Origin: a virus
Lineage: Duplodnaviria > Caudoviricetes
Reading direction: 5' to 3' (one strand)
DNA length: 64,000 nt
Virus record (IMG/VR): IMGVR_UViG_3300032007_001727
The position numbers were made by a program, and so were the translations under genes. How positions within the stretch are numbered: the stretch's first letter is position 1; each line of letters starts with the position of its first letter. Of the stretch, positions 50,832 through 59,049 are shown one piece after another. The notes under the pieces are model-generated. The model ran no database searches. It was not told the DNA's origin and saw nothing but the letters and a program-made list of their open reading frames with translations.

Positions 50832-53039
50832 ATGGCAAAAATCAATGATGATTTACTGAAATATTTTGATGGCGATGAAATGGCATCAAATGTTTGGCTG
50901 AATAAATATGCAATGAGGGATGAAAACGGTGAATTAATAGAATCGACCCCGGATGACATGCATAGAAGAATGGCAAAGTACTTTGCCGATGTTGAGGAAA
51001 AGTATGAGTTTAACGAAGAGGAAAACGTTAAACTGAAATTGAGTGAATATGGCTACAACAGAGGCAAACTTACCGAAGAAAAAATCTATTCTCTTTTCAA
51101 GGACTTTAAATATATTGTTCCGGGCGGTTCTGTCATGTGTGGTTTAGGCTCACCGCTAGCAATTAGCCTCTCTAATTGCTGGGTAATTGATGGTCCAGGT
51201 GACAGTATAGATGACATCTTTAGGGTTTGCAATGAACAGTCTCAGTTGTTTAAGAGAAGAGGTGGAAACGGGTTCGATATATCGAAGTTGAGACCAAAGG
51301 GTGCGAAGGTAAGCAATTCTGCAAAATATTCCACCGGTGCCGTATCCTTCATGGACTTGTTCAGCAACGTGACAAATACCATCGCCCAAAGCGGAAGAAG
51401 GGGTGCCCTTATGCTTTCAATGCACGTGGAACATCCGGATGCGGAGGAGTTTATTGAGAAGAAGCAAGACCTTTCAAAGGTTACCGGTGCAAATATCTCG
51501 TTGCAGATAGGTGATGACTTTATGAATGCCGTGGAGAATGATGAGGACTTTATTCAGAGGTGGCCAATCACTTGTGAGGTCAACGTTGACCCTAGTTGGG
51601 AATATGACACCTTGTACGAGTCCAAGGATTCGAACGGTAAGACTTGCTATTTCAAGAAGGTAAAGGCGAAGAGGTTGTGGGATAAATTAATCCATTGTGC
51701 TTGGAATACGGCCGAACCCGGCATCATCTTCAAGACAAACCACTATGAATATTCACCGGACGGTGTGTATGATGAATTCCGTGGCAGTTCCACGAATCCG
51801 TGTGGAGAGATTTTTATGCATGAGGATTCTTGCAGACTCATCCACGTAAACCTTTCTTCTTTTATTGATGACGAGTATTCTGAGAATGCAAAGGTGAACG
51901 ACGAGAAGTTGTATGAAGTGTTCTATGAGGCCACTAGGTTAGGTGATGATTTGGTTGATTTGGAAAGGGATGCCATTACAAAGATTCTCAATAAGATTGA
52001 AAAAGACGGTGACAAGAATAATAATGAATATAAACTGTATAGCCGCTTACTTAAGAATACATTAGCCGGAAGAAGGTGCGGCGTTGGATTCTTCGGATTG
52101 GCTGACGCTGTCGCAAAATTGGGCTTTAAGTTTGATTCTGATGAGAGCCTTAAGGCAATTAACCATATGATGAGGATTATGTTCGTTGCAGAAATTGACT
52201 CAGAGATTGACATGTCAATCACAAGGGGTAGTTTCCCGAACTATAATCCGGAATTGGAGAAGGCCGGAAACAGATGGTATAACCACTTGAAGGATGATTT
52301 CAAGCACTTATACGACAGAATGATGAAATATGGCAGGAGAAACGTATCATTCAGTACGGCAGCACCTACCGGTTCTGTTGCGATGCTTGCACACTGCTCT
52401 AGCGGTATAGAACCCATATTTATGCCATTCTACACAAGGAGGGTTAAATGCACGACACCAAACGACAAGGTTGACTTTGTTGACAAGGACGGTGAGAAGT
52501 TCACGGAATATATTACGGTACACCATCCTTTGGAAGAGTGGGCAAAGAACACATTGAACGTCGATACAAGCGAATTGAAGGTAAAGGATTGGCAAGACAT
52601 ATATGAGAAGTCACCTTGGTATAAGTCAACCGCAAACGATATCGATTGGGTAAAACGTGTTAAAATCCAAGCAATATGCCAGTGCTATGTGACACATAGC
52701 ATTTCTAGTTGCGTTGTTAAAGATACATTCATTGAACTTGAAAATGGCGGCTACGCATATATTGATGAGTTATGTGACTTTTCAGCCATAAACGAAGGGG
52801 AATTTAAGGATAACACATCGTTTGAAACATTGGTTAAGACTTGTGACGGAACTAATAATAGGATTAAGTCATTCTACAATAACGGAGTAAAAGATGTGTT
52901 TGAGTTAAAACTTACGAATGGGTTATCAGTCGAGACCACGTCAAATGAACGTTTCATGGTCTATAACGATGAAAAATCAGAATTTGATTGGAAATATCTT
53001 TATGATATTAAAGAGGGTGACATAATAAAAATTCAATAA
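50832..53039 (+). CDS. nrdJ: Class II (B12-dependent) ribonucleotide reductase, N-terminal part fused to a split N-intein
   Basis: LSNCWV, RRGG.G.D.S.LRP, RRGALM, TNPCGE, APTGS..M...SSGIEP; extein ends HSISS, then intein Cys1 at 52710. Confidence 0.92.
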   Translation: MAKINDDLLKYFDGDEMASNVWLNKYAMRDENGELIESTPDDMHRRMAKYFADVEEKYEFNEEENVKLKLSEYGYNRGKLTEEKIYSLFKDFKYIVPGGSVMCGLGSPLAISLSNCWVIDGPGDSIDDIFRVCNEQSQLFKRRGGNGFDISKLRPKGAKVSNSAKYSTGAVSFMDLFSNVTNTIAQSGRRGALMLSMHVEHPDAEEFIEKKQDLSKVTGANISLQIGDDFMNAVENDEDFIQRWPITCEVNVDPSWEYDTLYESKDSNGKTCYFKKVKAKRLWDKLIHCAWNTAEPGIIFKTNHYEYSPDGVYDEFRGSSTNPCGEIFMHEDSCRLIHVNLSSFIDDEYSENAKVNDEKLYEVFYEATRLGDDLVDLERDAITKILNKIEKDGDKNNNEYKLYSRLLKNTLAGRRCGVGFFGLADAVAKLGFKFDSDESLKAINHMMRIMFVAEIDSEIDMSITRGSFPNYNPELEKAGNRWYNHLKDDFKHLYDRMMKYGRRNVSFSTAAPTGSVAMLAHCSSGIEPIFMPFYTRRVKCTTPNDKVDFVDKDGEKFTEYITVHHPLEEWAKNTLNVDTSELKVKDWQDIYEKSPWYKSTANDIDWVKRVKIQAICQCYVTHSISSCVVKDTFIELENGGYAYIDELCDFSAINEGEFKDNTSFETLVKTCDGTNNRIKSFYNNGVKDVFELKLTNGLSVETTSNERFMVYNDEKSEFDWKYLYDIKEGDIIKIQ
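52710..53039 (+). other. Split intein N-fragment (109 aa)
   Basis: Block A CVVKDTFI, NGVKDVFELKLTNG, block B TTSNERF, end DIKEGDII then stop. Confidence 0.85.
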
Positions 53040-53112
53040 TTCTTTAAAAAAATTTATCTCATTGTATATTTATATATATAAATAATTTTAATAAATATGC
53101 AATGAGATAAAT

Positions 53113-54339
53113 ATGAATGAAAGTCAGAAAAAGAGGATACAAAAACTAATAGAAATGGGTTTGTATCATGAGCCAAAAATAATAAAGGGCGTATGTAAAT
53201 TATGTGGAAAGGAATATGAATATGACGAGAACAATAAAGTAGTTAGACAATACTTTACTAACGGCTTTTGTTGCAATAAATGTTATCAAGATTCCGGTTT
53301 AAAGTTAATTAATAAAATTAAAACGACACTGACGAATGCAAATATGCCGTTTAATGATGAAAACATCTTAGAAGTTTTTTCAGAGTATCAATCAAATAGA
53401 ACTAAAAAGTGTGCTGACACTTGGAGGAAGACAATGGTTGAGAAATATGGAACAGACTATGCCACCAAGAGAGGAAAAATGGGATGGGATGGCCACAAGA
53501 AGAAATTTTTAATTGAAAACAACATAATTTCAGAAGATGATTTTTCAAAATTAAGTGAGGAGGAAATTGATGACTTATTTATTAGTAACTTCAACAAAAT
53601 AACCAAACATGGTGAACACGTTGTTAATGGTAGAAAAAGTAAATACGGAGAAGATTACAAGAAATCATTCCAAGATGCACTAGTAAAAAGCGTAACCAAC
53701 CTAATGGAGAAGAAATACGGGAAAGAATATTTAGATGGACTATCTGATTCTGAATACCAAGAGGTTTACAATGAATGTTCAACTGAAATAAATTCGAAGA
53801 AGGTTGTAAAGGATAGAATTGAATGGAAGAAGAGTACATTGTTGAACCACGGCTTCGATAAAGATTCATTGGACAAATGCAGTTCAGATGAAATTGAAAA
53901 GTTCTATTCAGAATATTTGTCAAAGAGAAAGACAAAACTTGTTTGTTCCGAAAAGAATGGGTATAAACATTCTGAAAAGGGTTGGTACAATTTTGATAAG
54001 TGGGATAAGTTTTTCTACCGTAGTAGTTGGGAAAAGCGATTATGTGAAGAATTGGACGCTAATTGTGATTTAATTGAAAATGTCATGGTTCCGGAACCAA
54101 TCTATTATAAGTTAAATGGTGTTACACATGCCTATTTTTGTGACTTTGAAATTTTATTTAAAAATGGTTTCAGACTATTCATAGAAGTCAAACCGGAAGG
54201 AAAATTAAAAGAATTAGTAAATGAGTGTAAAATAAATGCGGCAAAGGAAAAATGGGGTGACTCATTTATTGTTGCAACTGAGCATGAAATTTTTTCAAGT
54301 GATTTAAAAAATTTATTAATGAAATATGGAAAAGATTAA
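53113..54339 (+). CDS. Free-standing putative homing endonuclease (TnsA-like PD-(D/E)XK domain) between the nrdJ halves
   Basis: N-terminal CKLCG..FCCNKC Zn finger, repeated EKYG motifs, C-terminal YRSSWE...EP..Y....H.Y..DF...IEVKP. Confidence 0.75.
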   Translation: MNESQKKRIQKLIEMGLYHEPKIIKGVCKLCGKEYEYDENNKVVRQYFTNGFCCNKCYQDSGLKLINKIKTTLTNANMPFNDENILEVFSEYQSNRTKKCADTWRKTMVEKYGTDYATKRGKMGWDGHKKKFLIENNIISEDDFSKLSEEEIDDLFISNFNKITKHGEHVVNGRKSKYGEDYKKSFQDALVKSVTNLMEKKYGKEYLDGLSDSEYQEVYNECSTEINSKKVVKDRIEWKKSTLLNHGFDKDSLDKCSSDEIEKFYSEYLSKRKTKLVCSEKNGYKHSEKGWYNFDKWDKFFYRSSWEKRLCEELDANCDLIENVMVPEPIYYKLNGVTHAYFCDFEILFKNGFRLFIEVKPEGKLKELVNECKINAAKEKWGDSFIVATEHEIFSSDLKNLLMKYGKD

Positions 54340-55348
54340 AGAAATTGAGTCTATTTGTCTAAGTGATGAAAGAATACCGTTTGAATTTAGAAAAAATGGT
54401 GACTCTGTGAAAGATTTTCTTGAAACCATTAAGAACAATGGTTTTGTTGTGACGAACAAGGATGTTAAAAGACTCATGAAAATGTATGACACAAAAAACG
54501 AAACATTTTCAATTGTTGAAAACATTTCTTATGTTGGGGTGAAGGAAACCGTTGATTTGGAGGTTGAAAATACTCATAGTTATGTAGCAAATGGAATAGT
54601 TGCCCATAATACAATAAATCTTCCGAACGACGTGAAAGAAAGCGAGGTGGCGGAAATATATAGGGAATCTTGGAAACAAGGACTTAAGGGTATTACCGTA
54701 TATAGGGATGGATGCAGAAGCGGTGTCTTTGTATCAGTTGACAAGAAGGACACACCGAAGAAGGACTTGAACCTTGAACTCATCGAGAGCGGTACCGCAA
54801 AGAGGAGGCCAAAGACATTGGAGGCCAAGATTATACGCTTCAGCAACAAGGGTGAAAAATGGGTAGGCATAATAGGAATGCTAGACGGAAAACCGTATGA
54901 ACTCTTCACCGGAATGCTTGATAAACTGAATATCCCGAATTGGGTTGACAACGGTTCCATCATCAAGAACTATGATGAGATTGAGACTGACGGTGAAGTG
55001 AAGAAGAAATCACGATACGATTTCTGCTATAATGACAAGGACGGGTATAAGGTATGTATCGAAGGTATATCTAGGATATTTAACCCCGAGTTTTGGAATT
55101 ACGGCAAACTAATCAGCGGCTTGTTAAGGCATAATATGCCCATACCTTATATAATAAAGGTGATTTCAACCCTTAAGTTGGATGATTCCTCCATAAACAC
55201 TTGGAAGAACGGTGTTGTTAGGGTTCTCAGAAAGTTTGAAGACTCTGCTGAATTGGAGGGTGAAAAATGCCCGGAATGTGGTGGAAGGCTAGTTAGGGAC
55301 GGCGGATGCATTCACTGCGTTGACTGCGGATACAGTAAGTGTTTATAA
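54326..55348 (+). CDS. nrdJ: Split C-intein fused to the NrdJ C-terminal part
   Basis: Blocks F/G TVDLEVENTHSYVANGIVAHN ending at 54610, then TINLP...LKGITVYRDGCR, RPKTL, C-terminal Zn ribbon CPECG...C..CGYSKC. Confidence 0.9.
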   Translation: MEKIKEIESICLSDERIPFEFRKNGDSVKDFLETIKNNGFVVTNKDVKRLMKMYDTKNETFSIVENISYVGVKETVDLEVENTHSYVANGIVAHNTINLPNDVKESEVAEIYRESWKQGLKGITVYRDGCRSGVFVSVDKKDTPKKDLNLELIESGTAKRRPKTLEAKIIRFSNKGEKWVGIIGMLDGKPYELFTGMLDKLNIPNWVDNGSIIKNYDEIETDGEVKKKSRYDFCYNDKDGYKVCIEGISRIFNPEFWNYGKLISGLLRHNMPIPYIIKVISTLKLDDSSINTWKNGVVRVLRKFEDSAELEGEKCPECGGRLVRDGGCIHCVDCGYSKCL

Positions 55349-55361
55349 AAACTGATTTCTC

Positions 55362-56306
55362 ATGTTAATGGATATTATTTTGAATAAACCGTCAGTTAAC
55401 ATCAACTTGGATTCTGACGGTTTATTTTCCTACCTATTTTTGAAATTGGCTTCATATAAGGGTCATATAAGCGGGTACAGCAACAGCAACGACCTAATCT
55501 TAAGTGAATACCCAATTGATGATTTATGGAGTGATTTCTATGTTGACTTGTTCACGCCGAAGCCGAATGCCACAACAATTGACCAACATGTCATATCTAA
55601 CTCAAACGGTATTTCCTTTCCGGAGACAAAAATAAATCCTCATATATTGATTGAGAACCATATTGCAAATAACCCCAAAAGTTATTGCGGCAAGTTCCCG
55701 TTTTCAACATCAATATTCATGTTGGGTCTCTGTGAAAGGGAAGGAAAGATTTCAGACGATGTCGGTCTTTTTGAAAACATTGACTATAAGAATAATTTTT
55801 TTGGTGGCTATGGTATTACATTGGCAGATTTGCTGCTACGTGCCGACGGATGCCTCCTAAACCGTTGCCAATATGAAAGGAATGTCTCATATTGGAAAGA
55901 CAAGATGATTGAGTTCTCCAACGGCGGTATTAATACCGAAAGGGTATTGGAATACTTGGTAAGGATGCCGAGGGAAGAGGCACAAGTAAAACACGGTATT
56001 ATAAGCAACGGTTACTTTAACTATGGGCTTTCAAAGGACGGCGGCTATAACGGACGCATTGACTTGGAAGAAAATCTTAGGCTGATAGTGAATTTGTTTA
56101 GGTCGATTTCAAAATACTTGAACGTTCTAGTAAAGGAATGCGAGACTACATTATATAAATATATAGGGGTGGTTCGTGATGCAAAATCAGACTTGACGGA
56201 AGATTTGTCATCGTTTGACACATATGCCTTCACTAGGAATAATCAGATAAAATATACAACAGACTTTAAATGTTGTGATAAAATAACTTTTAAAAATTTT
56301 AATTAA
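55362..56306 (+). CDS. Possible DHH-like phosphoesterase
   Basis: NLDSDG, YVDL, IDQH, INPH occur in DHH motif order. Confidence 0.45.
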   Translation: MLMDIILNKPSVNINLDSDGLFSYLFLKLASYKGHISGYSNSNDLILSEYPIDDLWSDFYVDLFTPKPNATTIDQHVISNSNGISFPETKINPHILIENHIANNPKSYCGKFPFSTSIFMLGLCEREGKISDDVGLFENIDYKNNFFGGYGITLADLLLRADGCLLNRCQYERNVSYWKDKMIEFSNGGINTERVLEYLVRMPREEAQVKHGIISNGYFNYGLSKDGGYNGRIDLEENLRLIVNLFRSISKYLNVLVKECETTLYKYIGVVRDAKSDLTEDLSSFDTYAFTRNNQIKYTTDFKCCDKITFKNFN

Positions 56307-56307
56307 T

Positions 56308-56676
56308 ATGTCCGTACAGTATTTTTTGGACAAGCCAATTGTAATTGGCGACTTGAAAAAAGTTGGTTTGGTGGTTGAGGACCACAGAAAAAATATGAAA
56401 CATCATCCGTTCACCGTCTCAAACGGTCAAGATACGGTGGCAATAAGTTCAATTGATGAAAATGGTGAAGGCAATGACGATGAACTCACAATAAAAGAGT
56501 TTGAGGGAAGATTCTCACACGGCGGAGCAAGCGTTATGCTTGAAATATGCGATAAACTTGATTGCAAGTTCATTACAGATGAGGATATTGATGAGTTGTT
56601 TTACACTGATGGTGATACCATTACGAAGGAAATGTACGATGATAGAACTGAGCGGTTCAGAGAATATCTCAAATGA
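56308..56676 (+). CDS. Hypothetical protein
   Basis: 122-aa ORF closing the operon. Confidence 0.7.
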   Translation: MSVQYFLDKPIVIGDLKKVGLVVEDHRKNMKHHPFTVSNGQDTVAISSIDENGEGNDDELTIKEFEGRFSHGGASVMLEICDKLDCKFITDEDIDELFYTDGDTITKEMYDDRTERFREYLK

Positions 56677-56684
56677 GGTCTATT

Positions 56685-56717
56685 GGAGTTGACAATTGTC
56701 AACTCCTTTTTTTTTTT
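56685..56717 (+). terminator. Rho-independent terminator
   Basis: GGAGTTGACA/TGTCAACTCC plus T11; insulates the CRISPR locus from the upstream operon. Confidence 0.85.
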
Positions 56718-56737
56718 GCAAAATAATTGTGATAATA

Positions 56738-56769
56738 TTTGTTTTTTTCAAATTTTTTATATATCTTTG
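56738..56769 (+). promoter_or_regulatory. Bacteroidota-type promoter driving the RNA-array-effector unit
   Basis: TTTG at 56738, TATCTTTG at 56762, 20-nt spacing. Confidence 0.75.
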
Positions 56770-56770
56770 C

Positions 56771-56954
56771 ACCGTTAGTATTAAAACACTAGCCTACCCA
56801 CAGTGTAAGTGGGGACGTTAAGTCCGCGTACTAGGCTGTTGAGGAGTGCTTTAGTGAAAGTATCTTTCTCACGTCTAGGTTTAAACGGAAAGAAAATGTG
56901 CAAGCAGGACTTGCGCAACCATTATTAAAATTTAGTGGAAACATTTGATACAAC
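56771..56954 (+). ncRNA. Putative structured scaffold RNA (tracr/omegaRNA-like)
   Basis: Non-coding and GC-richer than other intergenic regions; stems AGCCTA/TAGGCT, CCCAC/GTGGG, GGAC/GTCC, GTGCTTT/AAAGTAT, GTGCAAG/CTTGCGC, CCATTA/TAGTGG; ends in repeat-like TACAAC. Confidence 0.55.
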
Positions 56955-56985
56955 TTATTGATTGTCATTCAATTACGTGTGGTGT

Positions 56986-57454
56986 GGTGTTAATTCCACT
57001 TATCTTAAGGTGGGTTACAACTACATCCCAATACTTTACTACGTGAACTTGGTGTTAATTCCACTGATTGTAAAGTGGATTACAACCTTAGAGAGGAATA
57101 ATAAAAATCCAAAGAAGGTGTTAATTCCACTGATTGTAAGGTGGATTACAACCAACTCCCAAAGAAAATACACAAAAAGTTTGGTCTTAATACCACTTAT
57201 TTTAAGGTGGATTACAACACATGAATTAAGTTCATAGATGGTGTTAATTCCACTCATCTTAAAGTGGATTACAACAATCTAAATGAATATCAACACCCGT
57301 GAAAATGGTGTTAATTCCACTGATTTTAAGGTGGATTACAACCTACCTATCACTCAGAATCAAGTGTTAATTCCACTGATTGTAAGGTGGATTACAACTG
57401 TCATTGGGAATTGCCGGTGTTAATTTCACTTATCTTAAAGTGGATTAATACAAC
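56986..57454 (+). CRISPR. CRISPR array: 8 repeats (consensus GGTGTTAATTCCACTGATTGTAAGGTGGATTACAAC, 36 nt) and 7 spacers
   Basis: Repeats start at 56986, 57051, 57117, 57183, 57240, 57307, 57363, 57416 (last one degenerate, 39 nt); unique spacers of 29, 30, 30, 21, 31, 20, 17 nt. Confidence 0.92.
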
Positions 57455-57490
57455 AATGTATTTGAGTTACAACAAATTAGATTGTCAAAT

Positions 57491-58993
57491 ATGACAAAAG
57501 AAAAAATCTTACGTGGTATTAAATACCGCTTTTTTCCAACGGAAAAACAAAAAACATACATTAACGCTATGTTTGGTGCAAAACGTTTTTTTTATAATAA
57601 AACGTTAGAAACCTATTTGTCCCTTGAAAAAGAGAACCGTGAAATAAAAGAGTATAATAGCACCCATGAGGATAAGAAGGAACCAATTGCGTATTCTTTG
57701 TTATTAAACAACGGAAAACCAAACCCAAACTATAGCAAAAACTCTCTAATACAAAGGGGATTTGATGGCTTTTATGGTGAAGTAAAAGATTATTCTTGGC
57801 TAAAGAATTATTCATCTACCATATATCAAAATGAGATTGCTAATTTGGGTAATTCTTGGAAGACTTTCTTTAAGTCCCTAAAGACGAAAAATAAAGTAGG
57901 AAAGCCTAAAATGAAAAGAAGGAATTCGGTTAATTCCATAACCTTGCAGAACACATCTTCCTTGAAGGACGGTAAGAATATTATGGATTGGAAGAATAGC
58001 CGAATAAAAACCCCGGGTTTTAATAAATTGGGTTGGTGCAAATGTGAATTGCACAGAAGATTCAAAGGCATGGTCAAGGAGACAACAATATCTAAGGATA
58101 TTGATGGTTCATACTATATTTCCCTAATAGTTGAGAGTGAAGGCTCATACCCACAGCCTAGCGGTGAAGTCACAAAGGAAAATACTATAGGTATTGATTT
58201 TGGCCTAAAGACACTTGCTACCATTTCCAATGCAAACGATGATAGCAATAACTATGAAAAGATTGTTCCATCATATTTTGCAAAGGTATGTGATTTGGAG
58301 AAAAAAATCAATAGGCTCAAGGCAAAGAGAACTCTATGTCAAGCAACACTGACAAGGGAGGGGTGTGAATCCAAGGTCTTAACCATAAAGCAGATGGATA
58401 AGGCTAGAACCAACAATAAAAGGGCTTTCAGTGGATACCATATCACCTATTCAAAAGGTTATGAGGAATATACCAAGAGGATAAACAAACTTACGGTCAG
58501 AATCAATAACATTAAGAAAAACTACACTGGTGAGGAGGCAAGTTCGATTGTAAATCGTGATTGTGCCAATGCAATCTGCGTTGAAACCCTTGATATAAGG
58601 GGCATGTCCATAAGAAATAAGACAAGGGAGGCCGAAGGCAAGAAGATTCCAAATAAAGTCAAAAGGAGAAGGAAAATGGCCCATAAATTAGGACAATTGG
58701 CCATCGGTAGTATAATCTCTCAAATAGAATATGACTCCATAAAGGCAGGAAAACACTTTATAAAGGCCCCGGCAAACTATGCTTCCACAAAGATTTGCAA
58801 TTGCTGTGGTCATAAACTTGAAGACATTGGACTAGATGTTCGGAAATGGGTTTGTCCGGTTTGTGGACAAGAGCATGACCGTGATGTAAATGCCGCAAAA
58901 AATTTGGCAAAGTATGCCTATGCCTTAAAGAATGACATCGATTTGAAGGATATTTACCACAAAGTTGAGGCTGAGGTAATGGCTGAACGATAA
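57491..58993 (+). CDS. CRISPR-associated TnpB-like RuvC nuclease (candidate miniature type V effector, 500 aa)
   Basis: N-terminal TnpB HTH GIKYRFFPTEKQK...FGAKRFFYN; RuvC-I IGIDFG, RuvC-II ICVETL, Zn finger CNCCG..CPVCG, RuvC-III HDRDVNAAKNL; starts 36 nt after the array. Confidence 0.85.
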   Translation: MTKEKILRGIKYRFFPTEKQKTYINAMFGAKRFFYNKTLETYLSLEKENREIKEYNSTHEDKKEPIAYSLLLNNGKPNPNYSKNSLIQRGFDGFYGEVKDYSWLKNYSSTIYQNEIANLGNSWKTFFKSLKTKNKVGKPKMKRRNSVNSITLQNTSSLKDGKNIMDWKNSRIKTPGFNKLGWCKCELHRRFKGMVKETTISKDIDGSYYISLIVESEGSYPQPSGEVTKENTIGIDFGLKTLATISNANDDSNNYEKIVPSYFAKVCDLEKKINRLKAKRTLCQATLTREGCESKVLTIKQMDKARTNNKRAFSGYHITYSKGYEEYTKRINKLTVRINNIKKNYTGEEASSIVNRDCANAICVETLDIRGMSIRNKTREAEGKKIPNKVKRRRKMAHKLGQLAIGSIISQIEYDSIKAGKHFIKAPANYASTKICNCCGHKLEDIGLDVRKWVCPVCGQEHDRDVNAAKNLAKYAYALKNDIDLKDIYHKVEAEVMAER

Positions 58994-59008
58994 GGATAAT
59001 ATGAAAAA

Positions 59009-59036
59009 AAGAGCAACCATAACTGATTGCTCTTAT
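59009..59036. terminator. Bidirectional terminator
   Basis: AAGAGCAACCA...TGATTGCTCTT between convergent genes. Confidence 0.7.
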
Positions 59037-59049
59037 ATTTTAAATTTTT

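Noticed and set aside
53040-54325. Group I intron interrupting nrdJ
   Set aside because: Flanks are short and AT-rich with no intron core; intein motifs on both sides explain the split.
56836-56892. Hammerhead-like CTGTTGAG...GAAA in the leader RNA
   Set aside because: The core deviates from CUGAnGA and the required stems could not be built.
56962-57257. ORFs 56962..57237 (+) and 57039..57257 (-) with VLIPLIV.WITT repeats
   Set aside because: They are translation artefacts of the CRISPR repeats.
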